Positions 36,892 to 49,341 of a stretch of DNA of 64,000 nt are shown here, in pieces. The first letter of the stretch is position 1; every line of letters starts with the position of its first letter. Source of the DNA: Sarea resinae (lineage: Eukaryota); NCBI GenBank assembly GCA_026026165.1, contig JAPEUD010000022.1, positions 1 through 64,000 of the forward strand, written 5' to 3'. Below the pieces are notes generated by a model. It ran no database searches. It was not told the origin of the DNA and worked only from the letters and a program-made list of their open reading frames with translations. A program made the translations under genes and the position numbers.

Positions 36892-37950
36892 ATGGAACAG
36901 CCATCACTTGAGGAACGTTTGGAACTTCTGCGTCAGTATAAAAACGACTGTACTTTTTCGAGAATAGTATCATTGACAGGGGCAGCTCCACTCCGATCAC
37001 CTCCGCCATACATCAAAGAGATGCTGAGGCAAAGACGAGAGGAAGACGAAGACGAAGACGAAGAAGACGAAGATGAAGTTATGGGGCCCTTGACTGGCCG
37101 CAGAGATCGTGGGACCGTCGATAACATTGTGGCTGAAGAGTCCCGAGTAGCCAATTCTCCAGAAGCTCCGGAGATCACAAATACAGATATGGATATGCCG
37201 CCGCGTCGCCGTGAGATTACTTACGGTCATAGTCGCCGTATTCCCGCGCTGGATTCGCAGGGAAACTTCACAATGGTGGATCTAGATGTATGTATTGAAA
37301 TAGTCAATACTCAACCATCACTAAATAATGCAAAGGACAATTCCACGAGTGCCAATGCCGCCGCCACCGCAAACAAGGCTTCTGCCACGAGCAGATCCAG
37401 CCGCCATCGCAAGGTCAGCCCCCCCGAGATTATAATCGAGGACAATAACAGTGTGATGGATGAGGGTTCAAGCACAGAGAGCGAAATCACTGTTATCCCG
37501 TTTGCAAAACCCGGAAAGTTTGCCGCCTCACTCCGCAGCGCAATTGCTGTTCTCGACACGACTGACACAGATACTGACGTGGCTGCAAACAACCTGCCAA
37601 CTCCGCCGTTGCCGCAGCTGGATTCCGATTTCGAGGTGGCTGGCGACGCATCGCCGCGGCAAGAAAACCGAACCAGTCGAAATTCAAGGAAGAGACGACA
37701 CGAAGAAATCGAGAAAGAGAACAAAGGCGAAGAAGAGCAAGACGCAGAGCAAGAGGAAGAGGAGTTTCGAGAGCCAGACAACTCCGATGACGAAGACTAT
37801 GTCGATGAAGGACTAGCAGCGCGGAGAACCTCTCATCGGCCTCAGACAAGGAGCCGTACTCGCCCTCAAGCACAGAGCGTTACTCTGCCGCAGGAACGAA
37901 GCCGTGCTAGATCGGCTTCCAAATATCCGCATCCTCGATATCGTTATTGA
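36892..37950 (+). CDS. 352-aa low-complexity acidic/basic orphan protein, probably disordered and nuclear
   Basis: Uninterrupted ATG-initiated ORF; poly-D/E tracts, RKRRH NLS-like motif, RS-rich tail. Confidence 0.75.
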   Translation: MEQPSLEERLELLRQYKNDCTFSRIVSLTGAAPLRSPPPYIKEMLRQRREEDEDEDEEDEDEVMGPLTGRRDRGTVDNIVAEESRVANSPEAPEITNTDMDMPPRRREITYGHSRRIPALDSQGNFTMVDLDVCIEIVNTQPSLNNAKDNSTSANAAATANKASATSRSSRHRKVSPPEIIIEDNNSVMDEGSSTESEITVIPFAKPGKFAASLRSAIAVLDTTDTDTDVAANNLPTPPLPQLDSDFEVAGDASPRQENRTSRNSRKRRHEEIEKENKGEEEQDAEQEEEEFREPDNSDDEDYVDEGLAARRTSHRPQTRSRTRPQAQSVTLPQERSRARSASKYPHPRYRY

Positions 37951-38383
37951 TCATTGCTAGACGAAAAGTCTCATCAAACAGACGAAAGTCTCAGCAAACA
38001 AAAACCTGCACATGCTATGCAATGGCCTGCTCAAACAGGTCCAAGAATAATCATTGCACATAACAGAAAACTTTTATATATACTAGACTCAAGAACAGCA
38101 ATAGAATCTTTGAATGCAAGAAACCATATATTGCTCCTGATAGCTATCTCATCTATTCCTAGCCCTGAGAATCTGCGCCGATATAGGAAGAGAGTCAGCC
38201 CCCTGAAGCTATAATCTAACCACTGCAGCTTGCTCTTGCAGTGCACTTGCCATTGTAGGCCGACATAGATAACATGACTTAGGGCTGGAACCACGACTAG
38301 AGACTTGTATGAGCTTAAATCAGCACGAGCATTGCCTGCTCGATAGCAGCCGGTCAATCCATGGACATACCGAACAGAGTCGC

Positions 38384-38740
38384 CTAGGCCGCGACGGAGA
38401 TAGACGCAAATGGAACGTTGGTGCAGGTTTCGGCTCCGATGGTGCCAAAGGTGCCGCAGCCATTGTCCGGCATGGTGAGTCCGCATTCGGCATTGCTGCA
38501 CCCCGCGGACCCAAAGAGCGAAACGGCTCCGCTGACTTCGGTCACGTTCACCGAGAACAGGTTCTCTTGGGATTCAATGTTGGTGCAGTCGAGCCCCACG
38601 CCGGCGTTGTCGCCGACTTCGTAGTAAGATGGTCCGGAGCAGTCGGTGGTGCTGTAGAGTGCCACGTTCCATGCTGTCGAGGTTCCGGCGAGGTTGAGGA
38701 GTGCAAAGGCGCCAGTAGTCATGGCCGAGGAAAAATGCAT
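38384..38740 (-). CDS. Small secreted cysteine-rich protein (118 aa), effector-like
   Basis: Hydrophobic signal-peptide-like N-terminus ending STA-W; 6 Cys; motif VALYSTTDCSG. Confidence 0.8.
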   Translation of the reverse strand: MHFSSAMTTGAFALLNLAGTSTAWNVALYSTTDCSGPSYYEVGDNAGVGLDCTNIESQENLFSVNVTEVSGAVSLFGSAGCSNAECGLTMPDNGCGTFGTIGAETCTNVPFASISVAA

Positions 38741-40170
38741 CGTGCGATAAGTCGAGTATTGGATATCTGAAAGGGGAGAATGAATCGAATATGCCAGAGG
38801 AAGAGTAGGTCGTAATAATGAGGATCGTGATGATTGCCGAGGAAGCTTGGCAGGAGTGTCGATATCTTTGAAGACGGATTGTCCATAGATTTATAATGAC
38901 CAGACAGCTCCATAATTTCACCAAGAAGTTCCAACAGCTACGTCGCTTAGTGGTGATGATAGGGAGAGGAGATACGAGAGATCGACATGTATCAGGGTCT
39001 GCAAGCTTGAAAGAGACTATGATTGTTTCGAATTTGAGTTTCCTGTATGTATCCAGGCTGTAGATACAGGGTACATTAGTTTCCACAAAGACGGGTAAAA
39101 GATCACCTGGCTGACAGGAGAGAACAGAGTCGGCGTACCTTGTTGGCGCCTGTTCGACCCCGCGGACCTGTTTCCCGCAACCAGGCTTGAGCGGAAAGAG
39201 GTAGCGTGCCCATGAAGCGCTGAGCCTGGTTCGGTCCAGCCTTGCGGCTTACGGTATGGGTCCCAGGACAATGGCCCCTAAACCAACTCGGCAAAGCAGT
39301 CTCCACGCGAAAGCTGCGAAGCATTGGTCCAGGTACGACGTCGATCCACTTCCGACCGACTAATGGACGCACCGTTCCGTTCCTGAGGCTTGCACGGCTC
39401 AGCCCCAGGTTTCGTACCCCAGCAGCCCTTCCTGTTACTCGGCTTAATGACACGATCGCCCCGGACCAGGCACGCAGTAGTTTGTAGGTAGGATGGTGAA
39501 TCCCAACACCCGTCGCATAGCTGTCGAATCAGATCAGGGCTTCAATCTGTTGATAATCTGACGGACATGAGATTACCGCCTGTATTGCAACCTCGCGTAC
39601 CTTGATCGTTCTCGTGTGAAGACTGCTGCTCGCGCAGGCATAAATCTCCGAGTCAGTAACATCTTATACATAGAGTAGTAATTGTTATGACAAATTGCGT
39701 TTGGGCAGATACCTGATTGAAATGACAGATTGGTCATATCCCACATCTGTTGCGTCGTTGTGCCTGCTGCTGCCAAGTGTAAAGATCTAGGTAGATGTGT
39801 GCTTTGCTTGTTTGGATGCTGCAAGTGAATTGAGCTCGGTATTCGCTTTCGGCCTCGACGCGTCAATTATTTATTCGGTCTGAAAGTCCTATCAGGTGTG
39901 AATAGAGTCAAGGTCTCTGTGCATCGTAGTGAAGGTTTCGACCTTTGGTGAAGATAAGATCATATGAGCTCACGTAGAATTCGCGTTGTAAACATGCCTC
40001 AATAGTTGCATCAAATCAATTGACGGAATGGGAGATACTCAGCCGCTGTGAGCGGCGATGGGTGGATGGCTTTGAATGCTCAATCGCTTCAGTCGCGAGG
40101 GTATGACAGCACTCAGTAACAGGATCCTGCATTACATATCTGCGTGCAAGGTCATTTCTACCAACAACCG

Positions 40171-40267
40171 GGTGCCTTGGTTGGGAACCCGCTGCTGACT
40201 GTGACGGCCTGTCTTTAAGATAGATGCGGGAACGGCGAGTGTAGGGGTTCGACTCCTCTGGGCGCCA
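40171..40267 (+). tRNA. tRNA-like gene or pseudogene with a collapsed D-loop and a probable intron
   Basis: Acceptor GGTGCCT/GGGCGCC+A, T-arm AGGGG-TTCGACT-CCTCT, anticodon stem CGCTG/CGGCG enclosing 38 nt, D-arm reduced to GGTT-GGG-AACC, downstream T-runs. Confidence 0.55.
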
Positions 40268-41814
40268 ATTCTTTTTCACTTCATTTTTGATTTTTTTGAC
40301 TTAGTACCTCCCCTCCGCGCAACTACCTATCTTTGTAAAATGAGAGGAGATTGCACGAGATACGAGTACGGTGGATTGATCATTATTCTAGCAGGGCATC
40401 TCGAAACCTCATTTGTGTACACTCCACTGGATTCTCTTTGATCCCTGCCCATCTCGCGGTCAAGCTCTTGCTTTTTTTTGTCTACTGTCTCTCGGAATTG
40501 ACACTTTCTCTTCGAAATGCCTTCTAAAGCTCGTCCTCTGTTACGAGGGTTTAGCCGTTCTCAATCCTGATCTCCTCAACTGGCTTCTGGGCTGACCAAG
40601 ACACACAGAATTACTGGCCATCCGACAGCTAGCCAGGCTTCATTTCCCCAGCGAAGTGGAGCCCAGAGCAACGTCGGGCCTTTGATGATGCCGCTCACCA
40701 CGAAGCTGGCGGAGTCTACACCATAGACCCTGACAACCTGCTTCGTGAGCTAGGACTGCACATCTACATTGAATAGTGCATCAGCCAAGGGCAACAGCGT
40801 CGAAGTGATCGTGGGACGAAGCTGGGGAGGCACATGAGAGAGATGGAGAGGTCGATGCCAATAACATCAAAGTATGCGTAGGTGGCCGACAACAGCCCAG
40901 AGCCCGAGGGGACTATTGTTTGGGAGTTGTTGCTTATCAATTAAAGAAGATATGGCTAGTCTTCTGGCCGCAACCACATCAGAATCTTGCATGTCGCACT
41001 CTGCGGCCTCACTATTTTTACCCTGTATCGGCCTGACACCATGTTTGTCCAGTGAATCGAGAAGGCAGTCAATGTCATCTATAAGTGCGTCGAGATGAAT
41101 GAGTCTGTAGACTCCACACAGGCGTCTTCTTCACCGACAGTTTTATCATTTCTGCCTCCTGTACTTGCTATTACTGGCGCAGAGCCAACACGGTTCCATA
41201 TTGCTGAGCGGAGAGGGAAGCATACGGTCGAGAACATCATCTTCTGCAAACATGCCGTTTTATTGGAGGAGCAGACTTCCCTAACCCACCGCGGGACCAC
41301 CCTCCCAAATCTCACTTTTGTCATCGGCACAGAAGCATATGGAAATATAAGTGCTAACGTCAATCATGCTTACTTCCAGATGTTTCGTGGTTGGTTGTCG
41401 TCGCAAATAGACGCCTATACTGCTGCATTCCTAGGCAGTTTTTCTCTCAAGAGACCAATCTGTTGGCTCCTTCTGCTTTCGCTCCGTAGAGGTACTAGTA
41501 CCGGACTGTGAAATGGTCCCTAGCTGTCCTCGTGAAACGTCGGCAAGCCATCGGACCCATCAATTTGGGGGAAATAAACTCTGGAACTTGTCGAAAGCCA
41601 ATATGTAACCGGACAGACAATGAAGGGAGCGTTTCCTTTTGGTTCAGATATTTTGACAATACTCTAGAGATCACCCATCGCTTTACGTAACGAACGAATC
41701 TCTACGCGTCGATCGAAGATATCATCATGGAGCCTCGATGCCAGAGTCGCGATCGCCGCGCAGAGAAGAGTAGGATCAAGCAGTCCCTCCGGGGAGTCGT
41801 ATGTTGGCCCAGCT

Positions 41815-43717
41815 ATGGTGCCCGAGTACGCGGGACCGCCGAAGAGGCAGGTGGGGAGAATGCGGGGCGTGTCCGAGGACTTCCAGTCATCAGCCACCGT
41901 TTCGAAGAACTTTGATATCAGGAGACGGGACGAGCGGGAGGTCCGGACCTTTGCCGTTTACTTCCGCAAGGTGCGCCTCTGTTGCACGGAAGTGCGTTGG
42001 AGCGAGCTTGGGTCGATAGCGGACTTCAGATTGCCATCATAGGTGTGTTGTCGGAGAAACGCATACAGCATGACCCAATCGACGCCTTGCGATGGGGTTG
42101 GATCAGAGACAACAATGAGACATTGGTAGAGAAGATTGTCGTGCACTTACAGGACGTAAAAGCCAAGGACGGTGACCTATTCTCGGCCGCAGGTGAGATA
42201 TGGGCCGTTTGTCGCCGCAAGGGATTCCCAGACTTGAGCGTTGATATTGGCACAACCAACGGATGGACAGCGGTACAATCTTATCTGTTGGAAAAGACCA
42301 TCGTATGAGTTCTGTTTGGCCGCATTTACCCTCCTAGGGAAAGGCGAATGGGTTAGCCGTTGAGGTTCTGCGCCGAGGCAAGAGCGGATTAGGGAAACAG
42401 AGCCCGCTGGCAGTCGTGGTCACGATTAAGAAGCCCTCGACGCGTAATTGGAACCCGGTCGAAGCGGCGATTGTGAGTCTCCTCGAGGATGGACAGCTCG
42501 ACGATGTTGCGGTCGAATTTGGACGAGGGAAAAGAATGCTTCATATCGACTGGGACGGTCTGGTAGGACTAGTATAGGACGCTATGGCTCCGATAAGGGT
42601 ACTGGGACTTTGGGCCGATTTGCCGAGATCAATGACAGCTCAGGATAATGGACAAAGTACGGAATCATCTGCTATCATTGTGCCATACCGAGAAAGCAAT
42701 TGGGATATCGAAAGAAGGTCGGTCTAATAAACAAGATTGATACCGAAGATTAACAGATCACAGAATTACACCGGTACCGCGGCTCTGGAATCAAGCCAGG
42801 TAGAGGGCAAAAGCGTTTCAGGCTCGACCACCCAGGCCGCAGAGATTTGGCGGGGGAGATGCTCGACTGGAGAAGAGATGGATCTAATCAAGAAGCGCGC
42901 CGCGTACGTTTGCATACGCAGCCAAATTGACAAAGTTGACGAAGATATTGCTTTGAGGAAAGAGAGCAGCGCCGGTTTGACCAGCTACAAGGCCGCATCG
43001 ACGTGAACAGCTGTAGACGGCTGAAGCGCATGAAAGAAGAGTCAGAAGGAAAATTGTTTCTCGGCAAAGTATGGGCGGCATCAGGGACACGCATAAGCAA
43101 TAAACGGTTAGAATAAAGCCAGTACACTCGACTGGGCGCTGGTGGACATTAAGCAGTCGCACAAAAATGTTGCGGTCAACGTGGTGAGCTATCTCCTCAT
43201 CAGAAAAGAACGAACCCTAACGAAGTCAGGCAAAGAAGAGACGCCACGCGTCATCAGAGACTCGTAGGTTCCGATAGAGCCACTGATAGCCTAGCACAGC
43301 TTTTCAGCACTCAAGCACGAGCAGGACCTTTTCAAGGTCGGAAGAACAACAGGGTCCACATGGGGAGTTTATAGCGGCCTAAAGACGGCCAGCATGCGGT
43401 TCTGGGCCAGCTATGCCGGAGAGGGAGAAGCCAAGGAAGATTTCACCACGGACCATTTCGTTGTAGGGACGCCTTCCGTGAAGAATATGTTCTCGGAGGC
43501 AGGTGGCTCTGGCTCGATGGTCTTTGATATGGGCGGCAGATCCGTGGGCCTGATGTTTGGGGGCAATAGCCACTCGTTTGTGTCTTATTTCACGCCGGCG
43601 TCTGCCTTGTATGACGAGATTCTCGGTGTGACGGGAGCAGTAGACATCGGACTCCCTCGAGCAAGGATGCAGCAGATATGCAGCAGATGCAGCGAGTACG
43701 CTCGAGGTACCTTGTAA
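41815..43717 (+). pseudogene. Fungal trypsin-like (Ssy5/Nal1-type) serine protease pseudogene
   Basis: Ordered motifs GTLG, YGIICYHC, DWALVDI, LFKVGRTTGST, FSEAGGSGSMV, GLMFGG, YFTP; split by many stops and frameshifts. Confidence 0.75.
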
Positions 43718-44533
43718 TCGTCACCAACCGCAATCAGAGAAGCGATGAGTGAGAGAAGGTAAAGGCGGTAAGAGCGACGAGAATCGACCGCTGACCTCTT
43801 CCTGCCTCCTCCGACGGTAGCAAGACGCATCAAGGATCCAAAGACTCTCTCAACCCTTCGGCTCGCCCAGCATTGCGTTGATCCTGAAGTGCGGAGCGAT
43901 GAGCGATACGATATTCGTACACTTCATTTCGTGTACGCCGCTTGATTGCCTGCTCATGGCTCGGAGAAAGACATCACGGAGCGGAAATAGACATAGATGG
44001 AGACGAAGGGCGGGCAGAACAGAAGAGGATGGGAGAGGTTGACGGAGACAGGGCGTGCGTGGAATAAGGAGTACGAGTGCGAAGAGGGAGTCAATGAATG
44101 AGTTGAAGCCTCAGTGAATGATTGACGACGGACTCGACTGCCCACTCGAGGTGAATCCTATCAGGAGTGAGAGGTCCCTTCTTCGTCTTCTCCTTCTTCG
44201 ATTGTCTCTTGCCTCGATCTGAGTCCTAGACCCATCAACATCCAAGTCTGCCTTACTCTTATCCTGACACTCATCCTTCGTCTTCGCACCTACACCAACA
44301 CCCAACACCCAAGCCGAAACTTACTTCTTCTACACGCTTCCTCCCAAGGTCTTTTCTTCTCAACCTCCACCGTCCTGCCTTTTTCTCGTGTCTTCACTAT
44401 TAGCCTGAGCACCGCCGAGTGCGACCGACCTGACGCTCACTCACTAACTCACTCCCTCTTCTACTCACTCAATCTCGTACGTCAACGCCGGGATAGCAAT
44501 ACTGAAGCAACCAGGACTCGGGACAAAACGAAA

Positions 44534-46509
44534 ATGCCTCTTCCAGATCAAATTCCGGGGCTGATTGATAATGAAAATGTGAGTGTTTACATTGCCTTGT
44601 TGCTCGTTCTCACCGAGCCTCCTATCGCTATCGCAAGCTGGCTGTCTAGCTCGGCCACGAAATATTTCTTCCATGAACAGATAGTCTCTAGTCATCCAAC
44701 TCGCTTGTTTTCAGTGGTTGCCTCGCTTTATTTCTACTACTGTTGACAGGACAAACCCTGCCTTTTGCCCTGCAGTTGCTCCCTCCCATCTCCCAGCCCC
44801 GAGTCCAAACTGATGCCTCTACAACACAGTTTAGCACTGTCCCTCCCACAACGCGAAACGACCTCAGCACACGCTCACGCTTCAACTGGCTCCAGCCCGG
44901 CGTCGCAAAATTCTCAGCCTTTGTTACTGAGCACTGGGACCAACTCAACACGCCCGCAGCAAAGCACAGCCGGATCGATATATCTGCTCTCATCGCGGCG
45001 CTGGGCCTGGCGGAGCTGACAGATGGCAAAGGCTCCGGATGGCAGATGCCGACGAGGGTGGCGGAGGATCCCGCAGCTGTCATCACGAAGAAAGTCAGGA
45101 GGAAGATTGAAAGCGTTTTCCAGACGATGAGCAGAGAGAGGACGGCAGGAGGGGACATAATGCCGCAGGTAGTAGCGGGAGACCTTTCAAAGGTCGCTAT
45201 TGGGGGGATCGAGGAGGATCTTAGTGGCCATGTAAGATTTCCCGCTTCTATCTTGTCGATTTTGTTTTTCCTCTGCTTACAGTAGGAGTAGTTGTTGTTG
45301 CCGCCCCCGCCGCCATACGTCAGTCCCTATTTTCCATCTTCGTCTCCTATGCAGGCGGGGTCCGACTTCCTGTCGACACAAAATCGCGGCATACAAATCA
45401 ACGGCACACAAAGCAGCAGTATTGGCACTGTTAGTACCCCTTTTATTGTTGGTACGCCATCGACCGGGCCTCTGGAGTTCTACCACTCAAACGTTCACGC
45501 GCCGTCGCATCCGCTACCACAGGTCGTACAGACAGAGGTTAAACCACCGGCAGGGAATCAGCCCAAGCGACCGCTCGATCATGATTCCGAGATTGAAGCT
45601 ACTCTTGAGCGGCAGCAGAGAAAACGACCGAGATTGACAGCGAGAGAGTTCACCCCGATTTCCCCTCTCGCCCTGCCGCTACCGCTCCTGGCGTCAGATC
45701 AGGGGGACCGCCCCAAGCGATCGCTCGAGGATGACTCGGAACTGTTGGCTGCTCTCTCGCCGCAGCAGAGAAAACGGCATAAACTGATGTCAAGAGACTC
45801 TAGTCCGGAAATTCGTCCCGCTCACCCGCTCCCACTCCCGCTCCTGTTCTCGCTCTCGGTTCCGGCGTCGGCGTCAGTCAAAACCTTGCCCTATCCATCT
45901 CCTCCGCGACCAGAATCAAGCTTTTCGCCCGAAACGAGCGGGGCTAAAAATCCAGCCGCGCGACAGCAACATACGCACACAGATTCACCTACGCCGGGCA
46001 AGGATCGGCACCAGAGACAAGGCCTAGACACATCAGACTCCGACGTTGACTGGTTTTACTACAACCCCGCCGAGCTCATGGCGGCATCCATCAATTTCTT
46101 CCCAGATGCCGGACCCGATCTTGATCTCGCTCTTCCGCTAGACGACGACGAACCACAGCAGCAGCTACTACTACCGCGGTCTGAGGGGCCTGAAGAACAA
46201 CAACTTCTCCCTGTATTGCAGTCCCAAACCCCGCTTCATCTTCCGCTTCCTCCTGCGCCGTTCGTCGGTTCCGAATCCATATTTCTGTACGCTTATTCGC
46301 CATTGCCACAGAGACTTGATAGCATCCCATTAGACTACATCTCCACGTCTGATCTCCCCTTGCCTGACTCGTTAGCTTTAGCGCAGGCGCAGAGCATACA
46401 GCACTCTTGGCAACTAACAGAGGAGGAGGTAGGACTCGAGCCCGAAGAGAGAGTTTTGTATTTAGACGTCGACGAATTCGGCCCAGGTTGGATGGAAAGT
46501 TTGGGTTAA
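44534..46509 (+). CDS. Pro-rich orphan protein (~550 aa) with duplicated NLS-like motifs; exon structure tentative
   Basis: 405-codon last exon (45292-46509), upstream ORF 44743-45285, donors GTGAGT(44579) and GTAAGA(45232); CT-rich leader. Confidence 0.6.
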
Positions 46510-47020
46510 GGACTCAGTGAAAAGAGAGAGAGAGAAGGACAAAAAAAGTAAACAAAGACTTCGTACATAGTCTATATAGAATAAGATCCACAATTATATA
46601 TATTAGTGCAGAATCTTATAGATGGATGATTGTAGGTAAGGTTATTATATTTTCAAGAGAACAGGAACTGACAAGATGGATATAAGAGAGCATAGCGGGT
46701 GCACTGCCTATTCGTCTGCTCACCTTGATCCTTAGGCCCGTTGACAAGTAACAAGATGGACAATTTAATTAGCTAAGCCTAACTATTCGCCCGCCCGCCT
46801 GCCCGCCTGCCAGTATCGTCCCAAGACAGCTCTAGAGGAGCCACTAAACATAGAACCTCCTCCTTGCCGCGGTGCTGCTCAAGAAATTCGTAGGATCCCG
46901 TCCGGTTGCCTCACAAAATTGAGCCAGAAAACCATGTCCCCTTGTCCCTACACGCAACTGCCTACTCCCCCTTACCCTCCCTCCCCGCTTCTGCTTTGCG
47001 GCTTACAAAGGACGACACAG

Positions 47021-48789
47021 CTAATCCACACTTGATTCGTCCGCAGCACCAGCACTTTTCCACCAGGCTCCGGCCCTGCCTCGCTCTGCAAAGTCACATG
47101 GATGGCTCCTCTGTGCTACGATATTGTCCTTGCTATCTTTCAGTGTCTTGTCTATCGCGGCGTTGGTGTGCTGCGCCCATTCACCCGCACTAGTAGTGAC
47201 GTTATCAGCAGCAAGGCCCGCCTGCAACGTCCTCAAGGCCCGGTCGCGAAGCGCAAAGGCGGCCCACTCGAAGATGGCGTTGAGAGCGCGCAGAAAGCAC
47301 TCCATATTCTCGGGGCTAGTGGCCATAAAGATGCCGAGGTTGCCGGTGACGATTTTCTTGGTGTCCGTGGCAGTAGTGGTCGTATTGTTTGGAGTGGGAC
47401 GGCACATGCTGGAATTGGCTGTCGTTTCCTTTTGGGTGCTCTTTTCGGGATATTGGATGTAATGCACGTAGAGCCCGGTGACGTGGGTTTCGGTGGCCAC
47501 TGAGAAGCAGACGCTGGGATCGTGGTCGTCGTAGGCCAGGCGCCGCTGATGCCTTGTCTTTTGCTCTGGACGAGCGTGCCTATCCCCAGTCCCTAAAGAG
47601 TGGGTTGTTCCGGGATGTGTTGTTTTCGATGTCAATCGCGGAGAACAGACCTTGGAAGGATCTACTCGCGGCACCAAATCCCACACGGACTCGGCGGTCG
47701 CGAGCATCGAGGCGCCGGCAACAGCGGTCTGGTTCTCAGACCCGATCAGCGTCCCGCCCGCACCGTATGACCGCACCTCGACGTCCAGGATGGGGAGATA
47801 GAGCCGGACGGGTATGTCAGGGTCAGCGGGATCGTGGTCGAAGAAGCTTGTGGTCCAGGAGAAGTCGTGCAGGAGGTCGCGGGCCTTGGGCATGTCCATG
47901 TCCAGGTTGTTTTCGTCGTCGCTGGTGAAGCTGCGGCAGCGGCCGCGATCGAAAATGTGCTCAGAGAGGCCTACAGTGATGCTCGGGCAGAGGTCTCTGA
48001 TTGCGACTTTGGGGCGCGGCTGGAGGCGCTCGTTGAGCCAGCGCAGAGTCTCGCAGAAGGGTCCTAGTAACGGACGAGGCTCGAGCTCGGGAGACCATTC
48101 TGCGCGAGTCAGTCAGTCAGTCAGTCAGTCAGTCGTCAGTCATGGACGGGATCAACAGAACCTCTATCGCGGACAGTCGCCAAGGGAAGGAGATCTTTTG
48201 TCAGCGCCTCCACGGCCGTTTGTATCAGATTTTTCCAGCTGGCCTCGTCATCGATATTGTTTTCCTTCAACTGAGTCGCCTTCCTAGCAAGTGCGCCTGC
48301 AGTCTCTTTGATGAGAGCCCGACGATTCTCAAGGCCTACCTGGTCGTGATTCGGTGCCCGCTTGTGCTCGTCGCCGTCGATTTCAGGCATGTTGTCCTCT
48401 AGCCATTGTCGTATCTCGTCGGATGGCCAGCGGTTGATCACGATGTCAGCTTCACCCACAATCTCAGAGCGGTAGACAAGGTCGTCCCGTGTGGAAGCAG
48501 TCTCGCCAGAGTCTTCACTTGCTCTCGAAAGAGCAGTCTGAAATGAGGGGATAGAGGCTGGAGTTGAGGGTGGGGCTGAGGGCGGCGCGATAGCGCCCTG
48601 TTTGTTCACGCTTTTGTCGAGGTTTTCGGCCTCACTGAGGCGTTCGAGGTTATTGTCCTCACCCCCATCGGTGTTGACCAGACGTGGTTGATTGAGGAGA
48701 GTCGCCATTCCTTTCAGCCAGGCTTCTACTCTGTCTAACGGGGAAGAGACGCGCGCCGTCGGGTCAGGAGCCTGAGCTTGCATTGACAT
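47021..48789 (-). CDS. 568-aa fungal PD-(D/E)XK-like nuclease-fold protein (DUF7924-type, recalled from memory) with substituted catalytic positions
   Basis: Exons 48789-48162 and 48099-47021 in frame; motifs PSITVGL, LPILDVEVRSYGAGGTLIGSENQTAVAGASML, CFSVAT, LYVHY, FLRALNAIFEW. Confidence 0.75.
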
Positions 48790-49341
48790 ATTCGTCGGGA
48801 CAGTAGCTGAAGTGATAATGTAGCAGATGATCTTCAGACGGAAGAATTTATTTGGTTCGTGCGGCAGCAGACGTGCGCCCATGATAGACGCCATTGCTTC
48901 ACATGCGAGGATGTGAATTGTGCGGTCGGCGATAGTAAGAGAATGAATCAGTCGATCGCGGCCGCTATTCACGGAAATTCACAGACAATGCTTCTCAAAG
49001 TAGCTGCGACCAGGTTCGATGCTCAAGGACGAAGCCTCTTGATTTCGATATCACATAGCAAGTAGACAGCAGGATAAAAGTGGCAGTCGCCCGATTCACG
49101 CCGTTGTTCCATGAATAGTATCAAGAGACACGGAAATACAGCAGACGGTTGCACTGTAGGGATAAGATCACTAGCTCAAAACGCCCATTTCCAGCGAGGG
49201 ACATACGATAGAATCATACAGGGTCACAGGCTGGAACAGATACGTCTAGCTCTCCACTAACAGCGACCAACATGCTTCCTGTGTCTTGTTGTTATACAAT
49301 CATATCAATCCCATCAGTACAGACACAGTAAGGTTCGAGAC

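Noticed and set aside
40208..40225. Ochre-suppressor anticodon loop (CT-TTA-AG) in the second tRNA-like gene
   Set aside because: It needs an implausible cloverleaf; the hairpin fits better inside the putative intron.
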